A DNA stretch of 64,000 nt from the NCBI GenBank assembly GCA_964304625.1, contig OZ199839.1, positions 7,649,166 through 7,713,165 of the forward strand, in the 5' to 3' direction. The translations under genes were made by a program, and so were the position numbers. The notes under the pieces were generated by a model. That model saw nothing but the letters and a program-made list of their open reading frames with translations, made no database searches and was not told the DNA's origin. Below are positions 12,106 to 25,800 of this stretch, piece after piece. How positions within the stretch are numbered: position 1 is the first letter of the stretch; every line of letters begins with the position of its first letter. The DNA comes from Kudoa neothunni (Eukaryota > Animalia > Cnidaria).

Positions 12106-13133
12106 AGCTAATATAACCATTTCCATTGCGTGGTCGGAGTTTAATAAATAATTTAAAGTAGTTTTAATACTCATAAGGATTACTATTTTCTGTGCAAAAT
12201 GCTTCCTATACGTGAAATAAAATAAAGCAGATTCTTTTATTAATATTATAATCATCATGAAACCTTCAAGGTGGTTTCCGGTTCTTAAATATATATCGCA
12301 AATTATATATAATATACTTTTTATAATTATTATTGAAATATATTTATGAATTCAGTTTAATTTTTTTTAGTTTATAAATTTTTATTAGCGATTTTTATCG
12401 GTTAGTATAATTAATTTTAATGAATTAATTATACAAAAAAAGTTACTTATAATAACAAATTCTTTTTTTTAATTATTTTTTGACTTAAATATTTTTATTT
12501 ATAAGTTGAAAAATTTTACACAAAGTCATAAGAATATATCTATGTAATTAAACATAATAAGTGACGAAATAAAAAAAAGCGTGCTATTGCGTTATATCAT
12601 ACTATTCAAAGTGTAGATACTAAGTTTATTATGCATTTTTTGTATTAAAAAGCGACTGTTTAATCACGGGACTTCCTCATTCCACGTTTTCACGTTATAT
12701 CTTTTACATAGCAATTACAATTTTCTACACTGCTAGTATTACCTTATATGAGATATTAGATATGTTCTTTATTAGTCATAAATCATTCTTTGTTCTAAAA
12801 CGAATAAGAAATTTAGGAAATTTTTCTGATAATACTTTATCTACTATCTATATGAATGAGAAGTGACCGTATGTGCGTTAACAATTTTTTTCTTTATAAA
12901 GAGACATGAAATTTCAAAAAGTTAGAGACATTGAAAAAAATCTTTTAATTGTTTTTATATCGTCCAATCGACAAAAAATATTTAGAAAATAGTAATTTTG
13001 TCAATTTAATATTTGTTTAATGGATTATGCTGATTCAACAATAGGATTAACATCTACTTATTTGAAAGTGAAATTCAGTTGAATTTAACATTCTCACATA
13101 TAGCTGCTCTATCAAACGTTAATTCAATCATTT

Positions 13134-13970
13134 GTCTATCTATCCTAATATATAAAGTAGTAGTGTCCGTGTGAATGCACAAATCTCCTTATACAGAGAC
13201 TTTCATTAGTATTTGAGATTTTGTTGTAATTTAAAAATGCAAAATTAACTACAAAAATAAAATATAGCTTCCTGATTGCTTACAAAGTGGTGAATTGGTG
13301 GTGTAAACTTTTTATAAACAGATTACCGCTGCACGTGATTTCCTATTAGATTCTGTGATATGCATAGATAACTCTAATTTTCTATATGTAAATGCGACAA
13401 GAACTTTGAAAATTTACTCTTTTCTACTTTTGAACGTATCTAAGACGATCTACAACATACGTTCATGCGTAGAGGGGACTCGTTGTAAACGAAGATTTAT
13501 TGTTTAAACGGGAGATTATTACACATGAATAAATTATTTACTTCGTTCATTTAATTAAAGATAAAATTTTATTTTAACTCAGAAAAATACGAAAAAAATT
13601 ATAAAAGGTTTATTTTACTTTAAAATTATTGAAAAGTAATTTAGTAATTTAATTAGTTCAAATATAGAAGGTAATATTAGATTATGTAGCCAAACATTAG
13701 TATGTCATTCATTTGTTGATATTTAACAAGATTAGTCCAATTCATATGGTATGATTTAGAGATTACTGTGAATAACAAGGAGATGATCGACTTTAGGAGT
13801 TCTAAAGAGGAAATTTCCCATGATTTTTCCTATTAATTAGTTTTTCTCTAAAAATTTGTCAATATTTCTTTATATCATAAAAAAACATTAAATAACTAAA
13901 ATTCAGATCAAAAAATAACTTCAAAATCATAAGTCGAGCATATTCGGATTCACGTGTAATTTCCAATTTA
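13134..13970 (+). mobile_element. Non-autonomous Helitron-like element; a second, inverted 5' end lies at about 14385-14430
   Basis: 5' TCTATCTATCCTAATATATAAAGTAGTAGTGTCCGTGTG recurs at 14430(-) and 46170(-), and in related form at 17527(-) and 61806(+). Degenerate 3' hairpin cggattcacgtg at about 13945. Confidence 0.5.
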
Positions 13971-14550
13971 TTTAGAAAAAATTTAAAATTCTTTAACTTT
14001 TTGTGTTAAACATAGTTATTTACACTAATGACTTCAAAATTTGTCTATGATATAATAAATATAGACAACTAAATTAGTTAGAAATATTAAATTCGTATAG
14101 AAACCATACGCGTAAAATCATGCTTAATGACCGAGATAGACCGAACGAGAATTTAGGCCAAATTTTTAGAATTTTAGAATTGAATTAGGTGGCTTATTAG
14201 TATACGGACCATATTTTAAAATTGTAAATATTTGAATCGGCCTAATGTCGGTAAATTTACATACGCACAAGGGACCGAATTTTGGGAGCAGCACACTATA
14301 CCATTACCAAATCCTGTTGTATTTTTTAAAGTATACTACGAAAATCAAATAGTCTAAAAAGTCTCTGTATAAGAATATAATTTGCACACACACACACGGA
14401 CACTACTACTTTATATATTAGGAGGATATGATATATATAGATTTAACTTGCTATAATCGTATTTATCAAATGAATTAGTGAGTTAATTTTTTTGTGCTTT
14501 TGATAATCCATCTTCGTCTCAATTCTGTTATTATGATTGTCTGTCATAAA

Positions 14551-16010
14551 ATGAAACTGTTGTTATTCAAGCTATTTGTTGTGCTATATTTTCCCAATAT
14601 TTTGTCAGGTATGTAAACATTTTCATCCCGTTTTGATTATCTATTAGATCCTATCTTACCCTCTTATGAAAGAGATGAGGGAGATTGGCCTGTCGATGTA
14701 CAAAAAAATATGGACAATGTCATCGATCGATGGTTCATTGACATCCAAGATGCTAAATGCAAACCTCTTGAATACCGAGGAATTAAAGGAAACTATAACA
14801 ATTTCGCCTCAAAAGGACTATGTGAAATGCATGGTATTTTTTAAATTAATGTAAATTTATGACCATTTCTAGTTGGGCAGTTGACAACAAAAGAAAAACT
14901 TCAAGGGTGCAAAAAACCCATGCATCCAGGACATTGTGTAAAAAATAAAAACACAAAACCACAGTTCTATTTTGATCAAACAAAAGCCGATTGTTTTCCT
15001 TTTCAATATAATGGATGCGGAGGAAGCTTTAATCGTTACAACGATCTAGAAGAATGCAGGTTACATTGCTTAAGTAAAAAATATGAACATTTCTAGAGAA
15101 TTAAATCGTATTTTGTAGATAAAAGGAATGGTGGGCTTATAAATGCTGATGATAACAAAATAAAACAACTTTCTAATTATACAGTTTACGAAGTTCCGAA
15201 TATATTAGACTGCGAACTTAGACCTGACGTTAAAGACAAAGACCCAAGCACTGCAATTATTGCTGATATTAAGAAAAACAAGTGTGCTTATGCAGCAACC
15301 TCATTAGACTCAAACACAAGAGGGATATTCGGTTCGTTTGGTGAATGTGTTAAAACATGTTTTCGTATATTTATTATTTATATCAATCTCTCATATACTT
15401 TAGCACATGCAAGTACAGCTACTGAAAATAATAATGGTGTAACGCAGTATAACAAGATAGCAGCTGCATGCGAAGGTGACCCATTCCAAGTTCCTATAAA
15501 TGATCCAGATAGACCGGAAAATAATGTTGTGTTCCGATACTATTACATTCCTGCGGAAAAAGTGTGTAAACGCATGGAAACAGGTGAATCCACATTTGAT
15601 CCAAAGAAGAATAATTTCCCAACTATGGAAATGTGTCATAGCTATTGCGGAGCAGGTAATGATCTTAATTCATGTTAAAAAATTAAATTTTAAAGTCTTT
15701 TCATGGTTATATTGAACTTGACAACTACTTTGAATTTGGGATAAATTTAGAGAATTATAAAAAGAAAATTGTGATTGAAGAAACCTGTGTTAAAGACAAA
15801 ATGGGCCAAATCTCTAAAACCCTAGACAAATTTAAAGTCAAAAGATTCTATTATGACCACCGTAATAAGAAATGCAAAGCTTTTTATTACAAAGGATATG
15901 ATGGAAACTCTAACAATTTTAAATCAGGAAATGAATGCATGGCGATCTGTAACAATCATTATAATAATGGGGACCCTGTTTCTGTAGAAGATGAACCAGA
16001 AAATGAATGA
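14551..16010 (+). CDS. Secreted protein with a signal peptide and five Kunitz/BPTI-like domains, 6 exons
   Basis: Phase-1 introns at 14609-14647, 14834-14872, 15074-15118, 15365-15403 and 15656-15750. Exon 1 MKLLLFKLFVVLYFPNILS is hydrophobic. Domain 2 is canonical (C..GHC..FYFD...C.PFQYNGCGGSFNRY...EC...C). Domains 1, 4 and 5 keep RW/RY/RF aromatic and NNF motifs; domain 3 keeps only Cys spacing and F.S..EC...C. Confidence 0.9.
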
Positions 16011-16189
16011 GTAATATCATATTGCATTTTCTTGTTAAGATCATTATAACTTTTATAAATCAAGTTTCTATTTTTGCTTTTCTCTTTAACACTTGTACGT
16101 ATTTGCAAGAGTCGATGGACCCTGTTCAAGATTATTTCACAAATTGTAGCACTCTCAGCATTGTTAGAAAAACAAAAATCTGTCTAGCT

Positions 16190-16255
16190 CAGTGCCTTTC
16201 AACTAAAACTGGACTCGCACCCCCTAAGATGCGGGCACCCAGTTGGGAACCCTTG
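16190..16255. mobile_element. 66-bp hAT (Buster/Charlie-type) mini-element
   Basis: Perfect 8-bp TSD gtctagct (16182-16189 and 16256-16263). TIRs CAGTGCCTTTCAACT and CAAGGGTTCCCAACT. Confidence 0.8.
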
Positions 16256-17409
16256 GTCTAGCTTCTCAAAAATTTGTTTTATATTTTTTAATCATTGGCT
16301 ATTGCTACGGGTGGGAATAACTCCATACATAAGAACCCAGTTAAAATTCGAAAGGCTAAATTACAATATACGTGTCTGGCTTCGGGCGAAAAAATTAACA
16401 CGTTAAAAATCGTAAAAAATATTTAAACAATATATAAATTAATTATATACAGTAGATGGCCTATTTTTCGGAGTGGCCGATTTTCGATAACTTCGGACTT
16501 TCTTCCATTAGAATATGGTTTTATTTGTAGGTTTTAATAATAACTGGCGCGAACTGCCCAGTGTTGCTTAGGGAATATTTCGCCTAGAAGCATTTTTTAA
16601 TAGCATTCAAAAAATATATTGAAATCTCGAATTAACCCATAGAAATAAAATAGCTATAAATTTTTAAGCAACTTACTATAACGATTTGGATATGCAATTT
16701 AAACTATGATAATTCCTATGAAGGAAACTATCAATCCCTGCGTCCATTTAAAAATAGAAAAAATAAAAGAGATAGAAGAAAACTTATGAAAATTAATCGA
16801 TATTGCTAAAATTAGCATCGTTTAACTCGGCATAAACATACACGCGCTTTTATCATAAACAGCCACAAATCGCATCGATTTCAACATAAACAATTTAAAT
16901 AATTTGGTGAAATAAAAGCACAACCATCCGCATTGAATTTAATCACGAAAAGTAAAAGTTAGCGGACAATTTAATGAAACCTATTGACGCGGTATTTCCA
17001 TTATAATGCTTCAATCAATGTAACTTCAACATTCTCCACGAATTCGTTATTTATGAAACATATATAAATTTTTTACCACACTGAAAACCATTAATAGAAC
17101 TTATAAAATATACTTATCAAGTCATATACGTTAAAACTCCGCAAATACGGAATGTGTTTAAACAGACGCCCAAATAGAAACGCCATTCTTATACATAAAG
17201 ATAGATAGAAGCAGTTAATGAACATATGATGGAGCATATAAGGGAGATAGTTAACTTCAACCGACCATCACCATGACATAAGCAAGCGCTAATCCTATAG
17301 TTGAACTCATATAAATCGACAAAATCACTATTTCATAAATACTTGTTGGAAACTTTCGTAGTCCGAAAAAAATTAAACGATTTTTTTAAATATCACAAAT
17401 TTATAAAAA

Positions 17410-17527
17410 TTTTATATATGGCTATCTATATGGAAAAAATTATCCGCACATGTGTACTTAGGGGCATACAAACACTGACACACACAAACAAACATACCGA
17501 CGGTCCTCTTTTATGTATATAAAGGAT
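17410..17527 (-). mobile_element. Helitron-like 5' end; extent uncertain
   Basis: Homologous to 46085-46172 (atctatat..gaaaaaatt..ccgca...ggggca.acaaacac...tatataaaggat). Confidence 0.45.
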
Positions 17528-18447
17528 GCGTTACAAAATTAAAATAAAATAAAGCAAAATCATGTGATATTTATGTTTAATTTCTTTAAACGTACATTTT
17601 TTTGAACGTACTAGTAAAACGTAACGATTAACGGTCAAGAAACCTAAGCGGATCATATATTCACATACCAAAGTTTGGCATTCCAGTAAATTATAAATAT
17701 ACGGCGTAATATTACACTTTATAACCAAAAGCTAATTAATAAATGTTTATTTTTAGGTTTCACCCAATTATTTTAGTTGTTTATGTTGAAGTTGACGTGA
17801 TATGTGGCTTTTTATGGGGAAAAATGCGTTAAGCTCTTGCCGGGACAAGGGATATTAATTTGAAACCTTAATATATTTTTGAATATTATTAAGAAACGTA
17901 TTGTAGCGCGAGTAGACAACTGCAATCTTAAAACCAAGATAACGTGAGCGTGATTAACATTGGATAAATAATGTTAATCCGCTACAGTAATAAAAAACAG
18001 AAAACCCTTTTTTTCATCATATAAATGAATTTATGTTTTAAACGGAGTCAATAAATGGTTTAATCGATTTTTTTGTGTATATTGTGTAATTTTTCAAAGC
18101 CTCATGATTTAGTGTAACGCTTCTCGATTGCGAATATTCTTCCGCATATGTTGAATCATTATTTTAATTCTGCTGTTGTCGAAAATGAATTTATTATGAA
18201 GTGTTAAATTTCAACTCATTGTAACTCGAGTGTGAATTTAATGGAAAAATGTGTTTCATTATTTATTAAATCGATTCATTTTCCAAAAATTTTATGCAGA
18301 TAATTATAAGCATTGAAAATTTCTAATTATTATTGTAAATTCAAAAAGATCTTAAATTAATGGTCTTACGCGGAATTTTCTGAAAACCGTCTTTCAAGGC
18401 AATAATTATAAAATTTTGACTCTCTCAACAAACCATAATATAAAAAA

Positions 18448-19293
18448 TTATTTTAAGCAAGGTTGACATTTTTTTTGTTTTTTATCGAAAAACAATGAGT
18501 TTTCGTTTTCGAGTTGAATCCCTAGGACAGATTTGAGTAGTTCGGTTTCGGCTGTGAGAACGCTTCCCAGCTTAATGAAAATGTGTTTCATCAAAAACAT
18601 CACCGCAGCATTAACATTAATTCCTGTTTTTGAGCTACATTCCACCAGGGGGATTGAATATTTTTGTGCCATTGATTTGCACTATACGTTAGTGATTACA
18701 GTTAGTTATGGCTTATGTGCGAACAAAGTCCTCAAAAAATACCTCCTGCTCTGAAACTTCACGGTAATCATTTTCATCTATTTTTGTACCCACTAAAATG
18801 AACTGAGCGTTGCTCCAACAATTTGATCGGACAAACTCAATCCTAAAAATTCCAATAATTACACTCTCTATAATATTGGTTTACCATTCTACCAGATTAT
18901 TAAAGGAGGCTTTATTAGTGATGTCATAAACAAGAATCACCCCAAGAGCCCCCCTGAAGTAGGCCGAAATAAATGATTTGTATCTTTCTTGACCAGCTGC
19001 CGTAATGTTTGAGTAAAATAAGAATATAACTTCACAATAAAACTACCTGTATCCCAAAATTGTAGTTTTATCACTTTATTTTTATACCTAACTATTCTGT
19101 GTTGAATGTCCACTTCCACAGATGGTTCATAACTATCGTTGAAAAAGTCTTGCGTGTATCTTTTGATGAAACTTGTTTTTCCAGAGTTGGAGTCACCAAT
19201 GGTGATGATTTTAAATAAGAAATCAAAAGGTGGAGACTCTTCTATGGAAGCAGGGTCGACTGGGGTAGATGCTGTAACAATCTCATCTTCCAT
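18448..19293 (-). CDS. Divergent Rab-family small GTPase, 4 exons
   Basis: Introns 19046-18997, 18884-18843 and 18742-18682. [18 protein letters not shown] (G1), KLQFWDTAGQERY (G3), [15 protein letters not shown] (RabF4/F5), VGTKID (G4), ECSSK (G5). Confidence 0.92.
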
Positions 19294-19813
19294 TATTTAA
19301 TGGTAAGTATCAATCTGATGCTTTAAATATTGTAGACTCAAATAATAGCTAGCGATGTGCTATAAAATTACTTTCATATATCTTGCGATCATACGACATT
19401 GCCTTAAAAATAAATACCCCATACTACAAATATTACAACTTGTGAGGATCCATAAAGTAGGTGATGTAAAATTATACATTGAAATTTAATTATTCAAATA
19501 ATTGATATCAATTCAACTTTAATATCCTTATTTTAATTATTTGAATGTGTATAACTTATTGCAGTCTGAATAGTCGTTAGGTGTCATTAAGAGATCATCT
19601 TCAACTGAATTAATCGTTCTTATAGATAGAAGCAATTTTGAGTCCAAATTCATTTACATCATCAATTATAATTAAAAATTGTTATTTTAAGGTGAGGAAA
19701 AAATTTATTTGAATGTAGGTATCAAAATAAAAACACGAAATAGAAAAATTATCATAAATAAAAATAGCAACAAAATTAATACGATCGAATACATGAAAAG
19801 GGTCAGTGACAGA

Positions 19814-22800
19814 TTATTTAAGAAAAACATATGAAGCAGTGTTGATTTTCTTTTTAAAAACATTCAATGAGTACATTGATTCGGTGATTGGCAATAGATT
19901 GAGTGAGACTGGCAAGATTTGATGATCTTCACAATTGAAAGAAATAGAAAGTTTATTTGAACTCTTGTTATCAGCAGCCGTGTTGGCAAGTATGGGAGAG
20001 GTGCAGGAGAGTGTGGATTTTAGCTGTACTACAGTGGGTTCTATTTTAATCGAGAAAATTGGGTGTTATCAAAAAATTAATATCCATAATAAATTACGAT
20101 CACAATCTACCAAAGCTATCTGGCCTATATTCCAAACTAACCAATTCTTATCGGAAATACTACATCCATCAACAATCATTAATAAAAAATATAAAAATTA
20201 TTATAGTTACAAAGAGGATGGAGAGTATCGTTGATTATAATTTTCTGGGATCAATACAATATTGTTTTGATTTGGTTTCAAATCATCAAGTGCCATAGTT
20301 AATTTAACTAAAGATAATGATGCCGGAAGATTGTGGCTAGCAGGTGTGGAATTGGTAGGTTGGTTGAAAGTCCATTTGCACATCGGTTCGATTGTAAGTG
20401 TTATATGCACAAAAACTTTACAGTTGTCCGAGGACATTTCCATGTTGAACTCAGCATTGATTGGAATATTTGGTTTGGTAGCACTTATCTATACATTATA
20501 AAATCAATATAAATATAAATATAAGTATAAATGAGGTTGATGAGTAATAAGATTTTATTGTAGGAACTAACTTTATAATGGATTAGATTATGTATGAAAA
20601 AGTTTGTATTGGTGGTATCTTTAAACATCATATCATGTGTAGCTGTAAGTAGATTTGGATCAATGATACTATAGATTTTGTGAGTTCTAGAAAGAAAGGT
20701 GAATGTGTTTTTCTTAATTTTTAAATCGTTTACAGAGAACTATTCATCGAGGGGTCAATTTCTTCTTGAATAAGTTGGGGATTAAATTTTAACTATAACA
20801 AATTTTAATAAACAACAATTATTTTCATCAATTACATCAGTGATGCTCTGTTGGGCACCGTTAAAGTTGACTCCAAAATAAATACTTTTTCTTTTGTTCA
20901 GCAGTTTTATAGGATCACAAGAATAGCGATTTATAGACAGAGCTATTGTACCAAAAACTGATACTTGTGGTTCACTATAAATATTTTTTTTAAGAATAAA
21001 GATTACGAAGAAAAATATTCACCAGTTCCACAACCCACCAATTTTTAGTTTAAATTTAAAAAGCGACATATCTTTCTTAATCAGTGTTACAGTAGTTAAC
21101 CGATTTTTCGCGCGTTTTTCTGCCTTTAATTTTGTTTTTTAATAATCAAATTTTGTTATCTTTGATAAACGTATATATTGCTTTGCGATAATTCGGACTT
21201 CCGCATGATGGATACAAATCCCATTTACAAACATTTACTTGTTACTTTATCATGTAATTTCCTGTATTTACTGAAGATATTCTACGTCAAGAAAAATATG
21301 AGAATTATAATAATACTATCATTTTATTTTTAATAGATGTAGCCATATTAATAATAATTGATGTAAACGCATTGACAAGAATTTTTTTTTCTTAGGATAC
21401 TTGCAGCATTGCCAACCCAAATACGACAAATCACAATTTTTTGTCAAAACGGAACTAATATTTAATTATATGTATAAATATTACGTTAATTTATAATTAA
21501 CTCAGAAACTTCAAATTTATGATATCATTTTGTCAATGTGTTGAAAAAATTCCTCATTAGAACAAGATTATCTAGTGTAGAACACAACATTCTATTCCCC
21601 CTGATATTATCGATAATTCCAGAAGAGAAAATTATCTTTCCGGAGAAGCGTTAATCAGAGCTAGAGGATGTAAAGATGTGCTATATTTTCCGATCGAATT
21701 AAAATTTATTTGCCGATAAACAATGGCCAAAAATGCGATTGTTAATAATTTATTCAAACAATTGTATTACAGTCTTCGTTCGATTTTTGAGTAACACATA
21801 ACAACTGTACCTTGATGAGGTTTTATTTTTATGTGCGACCACTCATTCGTTAAAATTAAGGAAAATTATTCAAGTAGATAATATTTAGTTAAATTTTAAT
21901 TTGTTAAGGTAACACCTAAAATTAGAATTTTTGGAAAATTGATAACACACTTGTAATGATAACTTGGCAATGGATATCACCAACATCAGAGTCTTCTTTA
22001 AATTCAAGCATTCGGAATTTAAACACAAAAATCTCCTCGTAATGATTCAAAAAAGGTTCATGGTCATGATAAAACTGTCTTGCCGCAACAATGATAAAAA
22101 ATCAAAAATGTCGGTCTTAACAGGAGCATAACATTTAAAAATGTGTTCATTTTGATAAATTTTGGCATGTTTTTTTACGCTCAATTTTTGTATTACATGA
22201 GCTTTAAGAATAATTAAAATTTCTAATTGTATCTTGCGTTTGGTGAACTTCTATTGCAGACATTTTAATTTGAAATAAATCATTGTTCCAAGTATAAAAT
22301 TATCTACTCGAAGATTTCTCGTAATGAAATCAGCAACGATTAAAGTAAATTTTTTGTTAATTTGCAATAACTACTTATCTTTGAAACATTGTTTTGCGAT
22401 TATTCGGTATTTCGAAGAACAAGAGTAAAAATCGGACACGATTGGCAGCGTTGGGTACTTGCTGTTAGGGCTTCAAAAAATAGAGGATCCTCGACCCCGA
22501 AAATTCTCCAAACCCTCGATGTTTCGAGGGGATTAAGTCAATGTATTAACAAGATTGTTGATTCGGTCACAATGGATTTTTGTAATCAATGTTAGGAGAA
22601 ATTTTCTTATCAAAATTCATCGGTACATTATTTTTTGGAATAGACTATTTTATTTCTTTTAAAATATCAGCTAAACTACAATACTACAGTATCTGCGTAG
22701 AACTTCAGGCGGTGTCATACAAAATCGGATCAAAAATATTTAACCTATCAACTGGAAATAAACCTTAAGTAGAGCACATTCGGATTCACGTGGAATCTCT

Positions 22801-25800
22801 GTTGTTGATAAATACATAAAAAAAATTATTGTTTCTCTATAATTTTAACAAACTCGAAGTCGTTAATTGTTCAATCTTGACTTCGCATTTTAAAAACAAA
22901 ACTCTGATTTATTCTATTCAAAATTAGAACGATGTTTCAATTTAACTACGGTGAAACTTTATGTGGTTTTTAGTTTATAAATTTTTTCGCATAATTTATT
23001 CATGATTAAAAAAATGTTATAACAATATTTTTTCAAAAATTCAAACATGAAAATCTTTAATTTATTTTATTAGGTTATCTTTATATTTATATTCATTAAA
23101 TACTAAATAATTATTTTTTGATTAAAATTAACATTAATGTAGGGCAATCGTCACAAATCAAAGTATACGATTTATAAACATTTTAAATTAAATCAATTGT
23201 GGACGTTAATATGTCAAAAACTTTTTTTTATTACTTATCTCAACAATATAAAAATGGTGTAAAACCTATAAAAAAACATTTATTATCTAGTATTTGAATA
23301 TAAAATGAAATATTGCGTCATATTTTATTATCTATTTCAACACATAATGACCCTCGATTTTTTAAAGGCTTACTTGTTGCACACCCTATAATTTAGGGGG
23401 GTTCATAAGGGTCCATAATTGTATTGTAAACTGAATGTAATATATTATTTGATCATGTAGTTTAAATAAAATGAGAGTAGATTAATATAGTTGTATAAAT
23501 TTGTTGGGTCAATTTTTATTTTTTCCATATGGCGCGTGAAAAAGAGTGCGAAAAATCGGTTACCTGCTGTAATACTTTACTATAATTCAAAGTTGAAATT
23601 GAAGATAATAAAAATATAATTATTAAAACTTAATTCGCCTGAACCTATATTTTTTTTAGTTTTAAACAACCAACAAATTCCAAGGTGGTCAATAAATTTT
23701 TTAAATATCCGAATTCATAAATTATCGTTATAATCATAATCTAGTTAAAAAATTTATAGTTAAGTTTATGATCTATAATCCTTGTAGTTGGATAAATAAT
23801 TAAATACTTTACAAAATTAGCTGGGAGTAATAAAATTGGTTAGTTAACTATTTAATATTTTTCAATATCTTGAATGGAGTATTAATAACTACATTATAAT
23901 TTTAAATATACGTTTATTTCTGTTATATATTCATATATTTATTTTCTTATAATTACATTATTTTTCCATGCTATTTCCAATAGGTGATAAATACAAAATT
24001 GATCTTCAAAATTAATATTATCTTTACAACCAACAATTTAATTAAAAAATATGAATTGGAATTATTCAAACCAATAGATTATCTATTTATGTTTGAAACT
24101 ATTGCATCTTTGAATGAAAAACTATTCAAATATTTACTTAATTGGTATTGTCTGTAATTGTTCAAAGTTTTATACTTATCAATAAGAATTCAACTAAGAT
24201 TAATAAATCAATACATTTAGTGAGAATGCACGAAATATGAAAGCAAACAATCACGTGATTCCTGATTTAATTAAAAAAAATTTTAAAGTATTACAAAAAT
24301 ATTTTGATAATGCTTATGAGGAATTTATCGAAACTAGATAAGGTATAAAAAGTTAGTGAAACCGAGTACCAAAAATAATATAAATAATACGAGATTAAGA
24401 TATTTATCATTCATTCATTCATTCATTCAAAAAATAAATAAATAAAAAAATAAATTATTTTTATCAAAGCAAAAATTTCAGATGAAAGGAAGACCATATT
24501 TAGGTAAACATTTGATTAAAATTTTTATTTACTAGTTTGTATTTCAAAAATTATTAATAATTAATGTTTTTATAACTCTATACCGACATAACTTTTAAAT
24601 ATATTGTGATTATGATATTATTTTTGTAATCCTTATAAATAAAATAATTTTAAATCAAAGAATGTGTTCTACATACAATCAACACTACTTTTATTGGCTT
24701 AGATTTAAAAATACGTTAAAATGAAAAAATTGAATACGTTAATTTAAATTAATAATGTATAGCCCGATTTATGTGACTCCTTTCCCGCTCACTCTCGTTT
24801 TTCAACACGTAAATCATAGACCTACATTCACCTGAAAATGAATATCGCCTGGAAAATACTTTATTATATTTTATCCATAAATATTTAAAAATTAAATTTT
24901 TAGAGACAATACAAAATTTAAATTCTAGGCAGCTAACTTTTCTTTAAAGAATTTTAAAATTAGAATAATATAAAAATGAGGTTTTTTGTTTAAAACGAAA
25001 AAATGTATGGGATCATACAAAGTTATATTTAAAATTAACGAATAGAATTCGTGAGGAGTAGCCAATATAATAATAATATTTTTTTTCATAACTAGACTGT
25101 AACGAGAAAAAAATTATATTAATTTTATATTTCAATGGAAACTTTTGAATTAATTAATTAAAAAATTCGAATTATCTCAAGTTAAACAATGGGAGGTATC
25201 CGCTTTACTGTTCACCAAAGGGTAAAAAATGACCGCAATATAATTAAAGATTGTATGGCGAATTTCAACAAACCAGAATTAAATTACGCGCCATTTTCCA
25301 TTCGAAAATTGATAGTATCAATTGCTGCAAATGATAATGGCACTTTGGAACCACCTCGATTACAACCACTAGACCCAAGTCTGGACCTATTGAGGAACCC
25401 TTCAAGCACATCTCGAGAGGCAGGATGTGCCATACTAACCGATTTTCTTAATTTAGGTGTCTCAAATACGGTTGTAGAATCTAGACTGTTTGAAGTTGTT
25501 TGGGATTGGGGGGTATTTTTGAAAGAGTCAGCCCCAAAAGCGGATAACTCTGCGCTGGCCGAGAAGGTCGACTGATGTGGAACCATTGTCTAATTAATCA
25601 AAACGGATCAATATACGGCTGAAATTCTGTATATGTAAGTCATACAGAATTTTTCCCAGTGGTTGAAGAGAAAATGGCGTTCAGCGATTGAGACACGTTT
25701 CCAGTATTGCTGTTATTGACAACACTAAAATCAATTATAACCACAATAAAAGCACTAATTCCCATAATTAAATTTGATTAATATACTTTTCAGGGGGATT

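Noticed and set aside
18843-18884. Apparent in-frame stops suggesting an alternative genetic code
   Set aside because: In host genes they all fall inside canonical GT-AG micro-introns; the remaining ones are in decayed TEs.
19300-19365. Plus-strand ATG|GTAAGTAT donor (a U1 5'-end-like sequence on the minus strand) next to the Rab start
   Set aside because: Splicing gives only 10 codons and no U1 snRNA body follows; probably chance.
25189-25575. 128-aa plus-strand ORF (also 19935-20234 and 26028-26267)
   Set aside because: Antisense shadows of FCHO exons.
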